Below are positions 1 to 13,092 of a stretch of 38,971 nt of DNA, in pieces (positions within the stretch are counted from its first letter, which is position 1; every line of letters starts with the position of its first letter). This DNA comes from Paramecium tetraurelia. Its lineage: Eukaryota. Where the stretch lies: NCBI GenBank assembly GCA_000165425.1, contig CT868030.1, positions 620,001-658,971 on the forward strand. Reading direction: 5' to 3'. Made by a program: the position numbers and the translations under genes. The notes below the pieces were generated by a model. The model did no database searches. It saw only the letters and a list, made by a program, of their open reading frames with translations, and had not been told where the DNA came from.

Positions 1-2014
1 ATACTTAGCTAGTATCAAGAGGTTGCTAATTAGTAAAAAATAAATAACTTATTTTTTAGTTGCATCCATTATTACCGAAGCTACCAGACTAGAAAGGAGT
101 AAAATTTATAAGTTAACAAGAATTACTCAATTTAGATAAAACTTTGTTGGGTCGACTTGAAAGTGATTAGAGGTTTAGAACATAAAGAGAGAAGATTATG
201 CGTAACCATTCTCAATCCTATGTGCGAAAATTCAATCTGACTGATAAAAGTCAGTCTATGTTGAATGACAGCTGTTGCTTAAAAGAATAGATTGCGTTTT
301 AATTGGATCATAATAAAACTTAATTAAGGTATTAGGAGGAGCAGTAGAAACAAAGTATATTGAGAACAACGTTCGCTAGATCTAGATCATATAATCAAAA
401 TAAATTACCAAAAATAAAAACTTATCCTGCCAAAATTGATGAGGAAGGATAAATTATGCCAGCCATTAAAGCTAAAGTTATACAAGTTCAGTAACCTGAA
501 GAAGAGTTCACAATTCCTACCCACTATTTAGGTTGGATAGATGCGTTCTATGGAAAATGGAGACCTTAAATGAGAGAAGGAGCTTCCTTGAATAATGTCT
601 TAGGAAAACTATATTTATTTGGAGGAATAAGTAGCAAACCATTTAATGATGTCGTTATTTGGGATCATAAAGAGTGGTTCTAACCACAGATAATAGGAGA
701 GAAGGCTCCATTTGGTCGAACCAATCATATTCACTGTGTTTTTAGAAGGAACATCTACATATTTGGAGGTGAGAAACCATATGATGGTTAATAGAAGATA
801 AGGGAAAGTACTAATGATTTTAGAGTCTTTAATACAGGTAAATTGGTAGATATATGAAATAGAAAATAATGAGTTCAAAGCATTAAGGTTTGGAGGAGAA
901 TTAATTGAAGGGAGAAGGGGAGCATCAGGAGCTATTGTAGGAAAGCATATTATTATCCATGCGGGTATCAACACTAAAGGAAGATATTTAAGTGATTTAT
1001 ATCACTATGATATTTTGAACAATAAAATGTTTTTAAGTTAGGTTGAGTAGAATGACTTTTTTACTAATGGAATTGCTTTTCATACACTCATCTCTGTCTT
1101 TAGTAGTTAAAGAAATATCCAAATTTATAAAAACTACATGGACCCAGAGGAAATGAAGGAAATCAAATATAAAGTAGAGGGAGTATACTTGTTTGGAGGA
1201 GAATCTAAAATAGGAACACTGTATTCTGGCTTATACATGCTGAATCCTTGTACTCGTCCAATGTAATGGTCTTTGGTGTCTGGCAAAGGATAATTACCAA
1301 GTAAATATTAATTGAAATTAGCACTAAGTTAGTAGATATAAACATTCTGCTTCATATTGTGATAGGTAGGGAATTATTATTATTTATGGTGGCATAAGCG
1401 AATCATCTACTTTCTTGAATGATTGTCACATTTTCAAAATTGAAACTCAATCTTGGAGCAAAGTCGATTTAGACCTCAAAGAAGGAAGAGCAGGTCATTC
1501 TGCTGTTGTGGATGATCATAAACTTATTATTTTCGGAGGCTATAACGAAACTGGATTTCTTAGTGCAGACTTTTAGATTCTAGAAATCGATTCCATGATT
1601 GCCTATCGAAATAGAAGATAAGCCAATATAGTTAATCATCCTTCAACAGATCCCTTATAATCATAGACAACGAATCAGAATGTCAAAACAAAGCACTAAA
1701 TTTACACTGACAGAATGAGTAAAATTAGAGAGTAGGTTGCTAGTCTTTCTTATAATATTAAATCTTTCATACCTAAACCTATCATCAAATAAATATCTGC
1801 CAAGAATCTCAACAAAATTAATAAAGAATAAATGCTATTTTCTTAAAGGTTGAATGAAGAGACTTCTGAATTAATCAAGGATTTTGATTACGTAGAAGAA
1901 AGCAAAGATGAAATGAAGGCCTCTGCTAAGTTGGATGGCTCTCCACATTCAAATAAAAAACTTACTGATAGGCGCTCAATTTCAACTAGAAATACATAAC
2001 CATTTTCCCATTGA
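1..2014 (+). CDS. Kelch-repeat protein (5' end truncated by the window edge)
   Basis: Code-6 translation gives repeated Kelch motifs: REGASLNNVLGKLYLFGG, RTNHIHCVFRRNIYIFGG, SRYKHSA...IIIYGG, RAGHSAVVDDHKLIIFGG. Introns 838-862 and 1301-1328 restore frame; TGA at 2012-2014. Confidence 0.9.
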
Positions 2015-2063
2015 CTAGTATTAATTTATATGTTTAATCAATATTTTATATTTAAATTTGAAA

Positions 2064-4028
2064 ATGACTGCCTAGTGGAATCCCTATTTCATACCAAAAG
2101 AAAATTATCAATAGTTGAATGTAAAGCATACAACCAAATTAGAATATTTCCTTTGTAAGATTTGATTAGAATTCCTAATTGCCTCAAAATCCAAAATCAA
2201 TACTATTGCATAATAAAATTTAGATTCAAGTATTTTTGATCCTCATACTAGACAAATCCGAAACCCGAAGAAATAAAATATAAAAGAAATAAAAAGCAAT
2301 CCAGTTGTATTCCATTTTAAATAAACATTCCCTAACAAACTTCTAATTCAACTTTAACAAAAATTGCTTAGCCAAGCCTAATACCAACCTTAAATAAGCC
2401 AAAGCCGAATGAGGATAATAATTTAAAAGATTCAGCCGTATGGGAAAGAAAAGACTACTAAAATCAGCAAGTTACTTTTGAATCATTTCTCAATTAATAA
2501 AATCTCTCAAGAAACAATTCCATTGATAGCAATAGCAAAACCTAGTTCAAAAAAAACCATAGATAATATAGTCATGTTGTTTAAGGTAATTCAGGAACAT
2601 ATTTTATGATTTCTAATATACCTTAAAATAAAAACACTAATAGCAATACTTCTAATTCTTACTATTCTAACTATAATAAGTAAATCAGAATATTTATATC
2701 TCTAGTTGCAATTCTCAGAGGGAAGAAAAAAAGGTAGAAAAATTAAATGTCCCCAAATTTTTAATTTAAGACAATTCCTCTAATTAATTAAGTGAAAGAA
2801 CGATCAAAAAATAAAGTCCTAATAACAATTTATTGAAGCATAAAAAAAATACTCGATGCATTTCTATGGGAGAATAAAAGAATTTGGGACTCACTCTAGA
2901 ATGTGATGAATCCAGCATTACTATTTTGAGTGATAATGCTAATTCAACTTAATCAAAAAATATCTAACTAAATTAAACATTTCTCTAAAATGAAAACGGC
3001 AAGGATTCATAAATTGGTGGATTTTCTGCTGAAACTTTACAAGCACTTATGTTATAAGAAATTGAACATTTTCCAAATCCTGATTATATGGTTTCTATCC
3101 AAACTCAATTAAGTCCAAAAGTCAGGGCAATTTTAATGGATTGGATGATTGATGTTTGTTCTGTCTACAATATGAAAAGAGATACTTATTATTTGGCAGT
3201 AGCATATGTTGATAGCTATTTATCGAAAAAATCTATCCCAAAAGTAGAATTGTAACTATTGGGGACAGCCTCGATGCTAATTGCATCTAAAATGGAAGTA
3301 TTTTAATTTATTATATTTGAGGAAGTAGAGGCAAAACATGTCAGTGAGTTTGAAAAAGCAGCCAATCATGGGTATACCATAGATTAAATTTATGATATGG
3401 AGATAGAAGTTTGTACAGTCCTCTAATGGCATTTGAATCTCCCTACAATCAATCTTTGGATTGAATTCTACACCAATTAATGGGATAATTTTATCACAGA
3501 TATTCAAAAGAAATTCAGAGCTAATAACACGACATCTTATAAATGTAAATCATTTTCTTATTGTAAGTAATGTTAAAATTGCAGGCATATATTGATTGTT
3601 GCTATTTAGATATATCAACATTGAATTATAAACCAAGAACTTTGGTAGCATCATTTATGTATTTAATATTGGCTATTGAATATTAACAATTTACTAAAGA
3701 ATAAATATTTTATGAAATTCCTAAGACTCGCAAATTTATCCTAGTTGATTGTAATCCTTTAATTAATTCATAGCTTAGAAATCGTTCAATAAGTTATTTA
3801 CTGAATTTGTTTAATATAGTTTTGGTTTTAATCTAGTAGATCTAATAGATGTTATCAAATATGCAGCAAAATTTATAATGCTTGACTTTAAATTTAGTGA
3901 TACGATCCAGGATAAAATTATAGAAGTATATATATTTATAACTTATATAGAGACATGAAGACTTACTTATATACTAAAAATATAATTAATCAGGACTTTT
4001 GTACGTTGAAAATAAACTTCAAAAGTGA
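2064..4028 (+). CDS. Cyclin (A/E-like cyclin box) with long Asn/Gln-rich N-terminus
   Basis: Cyclin box at about 3120-3300: VRAILMDWMIDVCSVYNMKRDTYYLAVAYVDSYLSK...LQLLGTASMLIASKME, followed by EIEVCTVLQWHLNLPT. Several tiny introns; ATG 2064, TGA 4026-4028. Confidence 0.92.
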
Positions 4029-4172
4029 AATATGTTGAATTATTTTTTTTACTTTTTAACAATTTACATTGTGTCTAATCTAATCTTGACTTTTATGAAT
4101 ATAAACAGAATATTGGAATATTTAGAAATATTTTGAATAAATAATAATATAATATTCTTATAATCCTTTTAG

Positions 4173-5189
4173 ATGAACCAAAATGATGCAAATTTGGGCT
4201 TGTTATCCAACAAATCCAAAGCTAAATATAAAGAACCAAAATAGAACAACGAGGATTTTGAAATTCAGGATTATGGAGATGAATAAGAATATGTCTCTTT
4301 TGATGATGCTAGTAAGCTTGATGAATTAATTCTTAGAGGTACAACATGCCGAAGTTATTCAACCAAAATAAATTGAATAACCAATTTCACCTCCTTAAAA
4401 TAACATATAAAGCAAGTCGGATCTTTAAAATAATTAGAATTAATAATAGGCTTAACAACAGAACTAATTCCCAGCTCAATCGTAAATTCAGTACCCTTAG
4501 TTTTAATAACAACAACAAGTTCCAATCAACATATACCCAGTATTTCGAATTTACATAATATAGAATTAATACAGTTAGTATCAATATGCTCCATATCAAA
4601 ATTAATAATATTCTTAGCCTTAGAACTAAAATTAGAACCCTGTCTCTAATGTATTACAATAAACATCAATGCTCATTGATAAGAGTATCAATCAAAGAAA
4701 GTAATTATTATGTCAACAAAAAGATAAACTTATTCAACTTGCATTCATTGTAAAACTCCCTAGATGATATAAGATGAAAAATAACCATTTATGTGCTTTA
4801 AATGTTAATAAGTAAATAAGCCTAATTTTGGTTATTTTCAATGTGGCTCCTGTAAAATTACAGTCATGTACCAATGCGGATGTATTAAAAACAAATTTAA
4901 TTTAGTATCCAATTTGATCAGATGCACAAAATGCCAGACTATGAATTATGTTTAACAATCTAACCTTCCAAATACATTATAACAATATCAATAATAACAA
5001 TTATAATAGCAGAACTTGCCCTAATAACAACAATAGCAAATTAATATTTCAAATTCTTAATCATTCTAATTCTAAAATTAATGCACAAATTAATAAAATC
5101 TATATGATTATTCATAATACTAGCAGATGAATAAAGAATCAAAATCTGTTTGCAGAAACTAAGTTGATCCAATGTATTAGGAAAAATGA
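4173..5189 (+). CDS. Gln-rich protein with tandem CxxC pairs including an LSD1-type zinc finger
   Basis: CIHC...CFKC, then CGSCKITVMYQCGLSNLIRCTKCQTMN after removing intron 4882-4905. Flanked by poly-Q tracts encoded by TAA/TAG/CAA; TGA 5187-5189. Confidence 0.75.
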
Positions 5190-5225
5190 TATAAATTACA
5201 TATTATAAAACATTATTTATAGTTT

Positions 5226-6275
5226 ATGATAAACTAGGATTTTGACATCGAAAGTCTGTCTTAAAATCTGGGAGGCATTTCTAATGACAATTAATAACTC
5301 ATTAAGGATGTGTAAAATATTCTGAGGAATGAAATTGTGGATGAAGACGGGCTGGTAAAATTGTGCTAATAAGGATTCACGAATTAAACTAGTAGGTTGA
5401 GAGGAATAATTTGGAGATTATTGTTGGGGTAAAAAATTTATGTTTTGAAGGTATTTCCCTCTAAATAGAAAGTATTGGACTTAGGTGATCATTAAGAATA
5501 GAGATAATTACAACAATATTAAAATAGAAAACATCAAGAAAGCACCGCCTCAAAAAAAGAATGACCATCCTCTATCTAGAAATACAGATTCTGATTGGAA
5601 TAATCATTTTTAAGATTAATAATTATGGTCTAAAATCTAGAAGGATGTCATTAGAACAAGAGTGAAGGAATTGGGAAAAGAGGAATTTAGAGAGATGTTA
5701 AATAGGATTTTATTTTTGTGTTGTAAATTAAATAAAATGGATTATGTCTAAGGAATGAATGAATTTGCTGCATTAATGTAATGCTAAATAGATTTAGTCT
5801 GTATATGTGTATGAGTGATCCGAATGAGAAATTGCAGAATGAGAGTGATGCATTCTATTGTTTTATGATATTGATGACAAGTTTGAAGAACAACTTTTAG
5901 CTTTAAAAGGAAAAAGTTAGGGCATTTTAGGATTTATTAAAAAAAGTAGATTGGAAATTGCATGATCATTTAGTAAACTAAAAGATGGATTTTTCTATCC
6001 TGTATGTAAAATGGTTTATGATTTTGTTCGCTTAAGATTTCCACATAGATGATTCCTTACGCATTTGGGACTGTTTATTTTGCTAAAAAAACAATAGAGA
6101 GGAATTTTTATACTATTTAGCTATCTCCTTCTTGATTTAATTGAGAGAGGACTTGATCGTAGGTGATTTTGGATAAATTTTGTTGATTTTACAAAATCTG
6201 GAGAAATAAGATATAAATTTGAGTGAAGTGATCTAAAGAGCACATCTCTTGTAGAAAGAGCAAAAAAAATGTTGA
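5226..6275 (+). CDS. TBC-domain Rab GTPase-activating protein (TBC1D13-like)
   Basis: LRGIIWRLLLGY; DHPLS...DWNNHFQD; IQKDVIRT (Arg finger); YVQGMNE (Gln finger); LRIWDCLF. TGA 6273-6275. Confidence 0.92.
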
Positions 6276-6315
6276 TGGTAAAGCAAAACTTAAATATATT
6301 TTAAATAAATTATAA

Positions 6316-7497
6316 TCATGATTAACTAAAAGAAAAGTCCATTTATTCCTTCTTAAAGTGGAAATTGTTCTACTATATCATTGAATGCTATAATAAATCA
6401 TCCTTATCAACCCCCTTTAAATTTGGGAATATTTTAAAAAGCACTCTTTTATAATCCTTAGTCTAAGCACATTAATTTTGATGACAATTAATGAATTCTA
6501 ATGATTTATTAATGTGCAACAACTGTTGTAAAGAGTTTATGCAATTTTAACTTATATTTAAGATCTTTAACTATTTTGTATTGCTTAATAAAGAAATTTA
6601 GTTGTTTTGGGCATAGAGCTCAATTAAATTTGGTGGCAATCCATCCAAAGATTTTAAATTATTTCCAACTACTGATAATACATTTAGCGATGTCAGTTCT
6701 TCTAAATTTAGCTCCTTTATCATTAAGGAATTGATGCTCAAAAATTATAAGTTCTTAAATATCATGGTTACTTCTCGTATTTCTGAACATCTATCATTAA
6801 ATATAACTGATTAGACATTAAATATCACTCTATTTAAACTATGGAATACTAATTGAAAGTCTGAAACTGAAAAAGTGCTTACTCCATTTAAAGTGATCTC
6901 CGAGTCATTTTATTATAGTTATTTAGTTAATTCCTTAATTTATAAAATGTGTGGCTTCTTTAATTGATGCTGCTGCTTCTACTTCGTTATATATTCAAAT
7001 AATCATACATACTCTATCTCATTTTCTATATGAGTTATTTTCTCCAGAATCTTTTTTTATGCTTCTTATAAATTCTCAATTCTCCTTCTTGGACTTTTGG
7101 AAATCTTGGATGGTATACAACTTTGCTGAGTCTTAATTAATTTTGTTGTGTCATTGTATGATACTCTTATTTCTTACTTGACTTTGTTGTCATTCAAGAT
7201 TAGATCATTAATAGAATCAGCCACAGAATTCACACAAGTTGATAATTGTGGATCCTATTAATGAAGATTACCAATGATTTAAAAGAAGTCATCATATGTT
7301 AATCTAATTTTCTTATATTTATAAACTTCTTCAATAACTTCTTCTAATGAAAATAATTCATCTTCAGGATTAATTTATTCCGTAAGAATCGCATCTTTCA
7401 AAGAACTGATCAAATCTGAGATGTCCAGCACACTTTCCTTCAAAAAGAATTTCTTTATGTGGATCAACCAATTCAACTTAGATGAAAATATCTCCAT
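6316..7497 (-). CDS. Leucine-rich repeat protein (C-terminal LRRs plus LRRcap)
   Basis: LTSLNVLSVVGNNLKSLDGLPPNLIELYAQNNQI...LKILNISQNCI and cap DYKRVLFKIFPNLKGVD. One intron near 6980-7012; stop is forward TCA at 6316-6318. Confidence 0.8.
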
Positions 7498-7593
7498 AAA
7501 ATGTTTGATAAATTAAATATTAGTATATGAGTATAGCCTAATAAAACTTCTTTAATTTGCACTTTATTTATTTTAATAAGATTAAATAATTTA

Positions 7594-9386
7594 ATGCTTG
7601 TTTTGTTTTTATTAATTTCGATCAATACAACTCTAGGGGAGCTTTTAATCAAAGAAAATCAAGAATCTACAGAATCTTTCAAAATCCATTTTGGCGAACC
7701 AAAGATAGTACTAAATATCCCTGAAGCTGAGGATGCTGTTTTGGAAAGTTTTGAAAAATTGAGTTTTTGTGAAGTAAAATAATAAACTGTTTAAACACAA
7801 ACCTAATAATTTACCATACTTAAGTCTGATGAATTTAAAGAGTATATTGATAAAATGATTGATTAATAGTTATGAATTCGAGAATGATACTCCATTAAAT
7901 TTTAGATAGTTCATTGGGATGGTGCATGTTAATGATGGAATGATTGCCATTACTTCTGATTCGGTAGCATACTTATTGAAATTCAATTATGATAAAGTAA
8001 TGAATCAACATGGTTTCGCGACGTATGGAAATGGCGGTGACTTTGCAGGTGTTATTTGGAAGGCAAATTTATAGGAGATTCTCTAATCTGCTGAAGCAAA
8101 ATAAGAATTGCCTTAGCTAGTTTATTCAAAAACAAGGAATCTTGCTTTCATTTTGTTCACTGACACTGCTCATTATTTTAATGTTTCGGAAATGGAAACT
8201 AATTAAAATTAGCTTTCTATATATCAAGTTTCCACTTTTATAAGAAGAGAAGAAAGAGGACTAACAAAAGAAGTGGAAGGACATCTATTTTCAGCAGTAG
8301 GAAAGGCAGGCTTAGATATCTATAGAATTCTAGAGGAATTAGTTGAATATCGAACAACTATCACTTTCAAAGATTTAGGTTTATTTAATCATGAATTGGA
8401 GTTAGCAGACTTTGCTGTCATATAAGTTGAAGAGAGAAAATATTAATTGTATTTGCTAGATGCAAAATTAGGTTTAGTTTTGGCCTATATGACTATCAAT
8501 TAAGATAAAATAACTTTTGAAAGAGTGATTGATGTTGAACCAATACCAAATGGCATAGCAGTTGATACAAAAAATGGAAAAAATGTATTCGCTGCTTTTG
8601 AGGATAACGGGATTCACTTTTATATTGAGTATTTTGTGAGCTTTACAGATAAAAGCTATTCTATTATCACAAAAAGATATAGTAATTATAGAATATTAGA
8701 TGTTGATGCAACAGATGAATTTGCAATTATAAGTGGTGTCAACAATCACTAAATAGTATTTTAAAACGGTTATGATTTTATCGCTCCTCACAAAGAGTTT
8801 ATAAGATTTTCTTAAATAGGCATGAGAGATTTTGAATTTTTTAAATATTCTTATTCATAAGATGAACTCAAAAATGCTGCCAAATCTGATGAATACTAAT
8901 ATGATGATTTCTTTTTTGGAGTTACTGCCACAAATGCATTTTTAACCAAATTTAAGTTTGTTCCTGCTAGAGTAGTATGTTTCACTGATAATAGTAATTA
9001 TCTCTTAATATTTGTAGAATAACTATAAAATGCAAAGTAATTTTATAGATTACAATTTAATCAATCATATGTTACAAATAATATAGTAGCATAAGATAAA
9101 GTAATTAGAACAACGAAACACTTTTCAGTCGAAGTCGTAACAACATTTTTATTTGAATAGCAGATTAACTTTATTTATTTAATTCTAATAATTTTAGGAT
9201 TCGTGTCATTTTTCTCTGGTATTCATACATGATTATTATTTATTAGTAAGTGCAATTTGTTATAAATTTTAATAATTTAGGAAGGAGGAAATAAGACTAG
9301 ATACCGAAATAGAAAATCAGTAAAAATCGAATGAATCTCATAATCAAATTAAATTTGACGAAAGCCAAGTTATTTAAGCTCCGTGA
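7594..9386 (+). CDS. Uncharacterised type-I membrane protein, paralog A (signal peptide, beta-rich ectodomain, C-terminal TM helix)
   Basis: Hydrophobic N-terminus MLVLFLLISINTTLG; TM segment FIYLILIILGFVSFFSVSAICY; motifs shared with the adjacent gene (TPLNF, RGLTKE, GIAVDTKNG, QYDDFFFGVT). TGA 9384-9386. Confidence 0.85.
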
Positions 9387-9481
9387 TATTGAGAAAGATC
9401 CAATTTTATTTTATCTTTTAATAAAAAGTACAAATAAAGACACTATCTTTTTTCTAATTTTCATTATATAATGATAAAATA

Positions 9482-11288
9482 ATGATTTTATTTCTAATTT
9501 TAGTTAAGTTCATAGAAGGAATTATTATTAAGGAAGTGACTGATAAAAACTAAACAAAGAAATTTCATTTGGACAGAGCAACAACAATAATCACAATGTC
9601 TGGAGCAGCAGATTCTATTTTAATTGGAAATCAAAACGATAGCTACTGTTGGTCTCAACAACCAGCTGTCAAAACTGAGACAAAAACAATGAATATTATT
9701 ACAGAGAAAGATCTGACTGATTATGTGTATTAAGAAGAAACTCCATTAAATTTTGGACAATTTATTTCAATGGTCCATGTAAGGGATGGTTTTATAGCTA
9801 TTACTTCAAATGCCAAGATTTATCATTTGAAATTTAACTACAATTACATCCATGATATATTCAGCTTCCCAGAATATGGAAATCCTTATGAATTTGCAGG
9901 ATTTCGATGGAAGGTAGATTTATAGGCTTATGCTCCAACTACAGAAGACAAAGAAGAAATCCCTCAAATTCTATATCTAAAGACGAACAATTTAGTGCTA
10001 GTGTTATATCCAAATAGTGCACAGTTTTTTAGTATGTATGAAATGGATGCAAATTCAAAACACTTAATTTTGTATACTGCTTCATCTTGGAAGTAGAGAA
10101 AAGAGAGAGGACTTACCAAAGAATATTTTGGCTATGTTTATAGTAGTGTAGGGAGAGAGGGAATTGATGTTTATAGAGTATCATCGTATGATGTTAGATT
10201 TGAATTGACAATCGATTTGATAAGACTATTTCCAGATTTTACAAAATTGTCAGATTTCATTGTAATTAAGAAAGATCATGATGAATTCCATATGTTCATG
10301 TTAGATGTTGTGATTGGACTAATTGAGTTGGCAATAGAGATTGATGATGGTGAATTCAAATACAAAGTGAGACCTGAAATACCAAGAAAGGAAGGAGGCA
10401 TTGCAGTTGACACAAAGAATGGTAGAAATGTGTTTGTTGTTTATAAGGAGTTATTTCGATACTCAATAATTGAATATTTGTATGACAAGAACATAGAAGG
10501 ATATGAAATTGTGAATTAGCATATATCTTACTAAAAGGTTGTTGGTTTGAAAGTGACAGATGAGTTTGTTTTAATTCAAGGTTTGATCCATCATTAATTA
10601 ATTTTCGCTAACTCTTTTAAATTAGTTAATCCAGATACTGAGCCAACTATCTACACTTTGTTTGGTGTACGTAATTTCATGTTTTTCGATTCAAATATAA
10701 CAGATTATCCTTTGTTAAAGAAATTCAATATAACTGGGTTCCAATACGATGATTTCTTTTTTGGTGTAACTGGCTCAGGAGCATTTTTAGTTCGATTTAA
10801 TTTTACACCTGCTGGAGTCAAGTGTTATAGTAACAATGGTAAAATTGTGATCAATAATATTTAATAGAAACTTAAATTTTAACTTAACAAAGTTATTTAG
10901 TAAAATATAATGTTACTTAATTTATGGATGGAGAAGTCAATAGAGACTTAGTTATAAGACATAGTTTTTATTTAAATGTTCAACTCTCTTACCCAGAACC
11001 TATATTAGAGGACGAGTTAATTAAAACCTTAATTCTCGTTTTTGTTTTGCTATTAGGTAAATAATTTTGAGAATTTAAGTTTGTTTATTGGCTTTAGGAT
11101 GTGTAGAGAAAGTCAGATAGAAGCATGAGAATGAGAAGTTTTAGAGTCAACCTAAATCTGTAGAGATGATGATCCAGTAAAACCCTTTCTCAAAAATAAA
11201 TCAGAAGCTAATGAGTGAAGATTATAAATCAAAGTAAGAAAAAAAAAAAGACAAAAAAAAGTCGCATCTGTAATCATAATTGATTTGA
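9482..11288 (+). CDS. Uncharacterised type-I membrane protein, paralog B (tandem duplicate)
   Basis: MILFLILVKFIEG signal peptide; the same motif series as paralog A; TM LILVFVLLLVCLLALGCV; introns 10839-10867 and about 11057-11079. TGA 11286-11288. Confidence 0.85.
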
Positions 11289-11339
11289 AATGTTTATAAT
11301 TTAATTAATAAATCTATATTAATTATTTTAACATATATA

Positions 11340-13018
11340 TCATAATTCGGATTCAGCTTCATAATATTATTCCAAAATGCTAAAACATTTTTGATAAACA
11401 CTCTAATTCTAATGTTTTTGTAATATTTCAATCTTTGAAATGACTCCCATTTATTCCAATTAGGTCAAGTAATAATTATCATCTTTAAAATCTTAATCAC
11501 CTAAACTTAAAAAAAGAATAAATACCCCTCTTTAAGACATTTAATAGAGCCTCCAGAACCACAGTCATAGTTTGTGTGTCATCCCCTTCTAAAAGTTATT
11601 TAAACACATTCAGTAATCCTTTTTAAACTAGCAATTATATGTCTGAATTGCCTCCATGTTTGGTTGAATTGGAAATGGCCCAAGTAGCCTCTCTTACAAT
11701 TTCCTCAACGTCTGTCGTCATCAATGTGAAGAGCTTTTCTAATATTGCCGAGTCTCTAACGACTTAACTAACCTGATTGCTACTTCCTGCAGTGATGTTA
11801 GAGATGGTCCAACAGGCCTATGATAAGATAGAGTGATACTTCTCTTCTGATTGCCTTCTTGTCATGAGATAACAACTTAGGTATTTTAAGTAACAAACCT
11901 TGGTTTAAAACATAAGTTGTTTAAGTTTCGTCTCCAGTCACAACATTTCCCAATATCCTTAGAGTGGGAATAACTAGTTGTAGAGATGAATGATCAAGCA
12001 ATTTAATTAGAGTTGGGATCACTTAAGAATCAATCACAGTTTATAATCTACTATTGTCTCCATCACTTAAATAAGACAAGGCCCAACAAGCATCAGTCAA
12101 TACTTCAGGGTCAGTCTCCTCTATTATGACTTTGCAGAATACAGGTAAGGCATTTTTGACATACTATTAGTTGATAGAAGATGAATAAAACCTTAAAATC
12201 AGGAATTGGTTTTCCTCTACAAAGATTACTCAAAGACCAAGTGCAATGCTTAATTGTGTTTTTGTTTGGTGCATTTTGCATTATTGTTATCAAGGGATCA
12301 ACTCCACCTACTCTTAATATTAGATCTCTGTATTATGTGCAATCTCCAGCGATATTACCTATGGCCCATACTGCTTGTTCTGCAATATCTCTATATTATG
12401 AACTCAAAAGTTTAACAAATAAATATATTCCTCCTTTGTCAATGATGGATTGGGTTTGTTGAGTCGTTCCACTTGCTACATTTGTTAAAGCCCAGGCAGC
12501 CTCCAGAACGAGTTGTGGTATTTGTTCTTTTTATATCATGTCAATTAATTTAGGTACCAAATTTGCATCAATAACCTATTAAATTGGCGCGCCTGACTTT
12601 AATAATTAAACATATATCTTACTTCAACAGACAACATCTTTCTTAATCCTGTCACTCCATAATGTAATTACAAAATATCAGTCGAAAAGATCTTTTGTAG
12701 AACATCAGGAAAATCTTCAAATGAAAATGTTCGTTTCATAAGTTGCTCTTATTGAGTTTTTAAGGCTATTTGTAACTCTTATGGAAGAGTGGGTGGTATC
12801 AAGGGCAAAGATTCAGGAAGTTTGTTGGTTTAATTCTAAAATGAATAATCAATATGAACTACATTTTAAGCTAATCTTTTATTGTTTATTATATTATTTC
12901 TTTCCCTGGACCTGATTTCTGTTGCAAATTCCTCTCTTTTTTTCTTGACTTCACTATTTTATTCAGCTTCATTCACTTGCACGTTCCCAAATAATGAAAA
13001 CTAATTTTATGGCTACAT
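11340..13018 (-). CDS. Importin alpha (karyopherin alpha), ARM repeats
   Basis: IBB-like [14 protein letters not shown]...[75 protein letters not shown]. Stop 11340-11342. Confidence 0.96.
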
Positions 13019-13092
13019 AATAAAATATTTTATGATAAATTTTGCTTTAATAAAAATTATTAACTATATTGTATTTATTTTTCAAAATAAAT

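Noticed and set aside
615..974. 119-aa minus-strand ORF, and similar track ORFs at 3277, 4387, 6951, 12181, 31041 and 36601
   Set aside because: They lie antisense to well-supported code-6 genes; the track uses the wrong genetic code.
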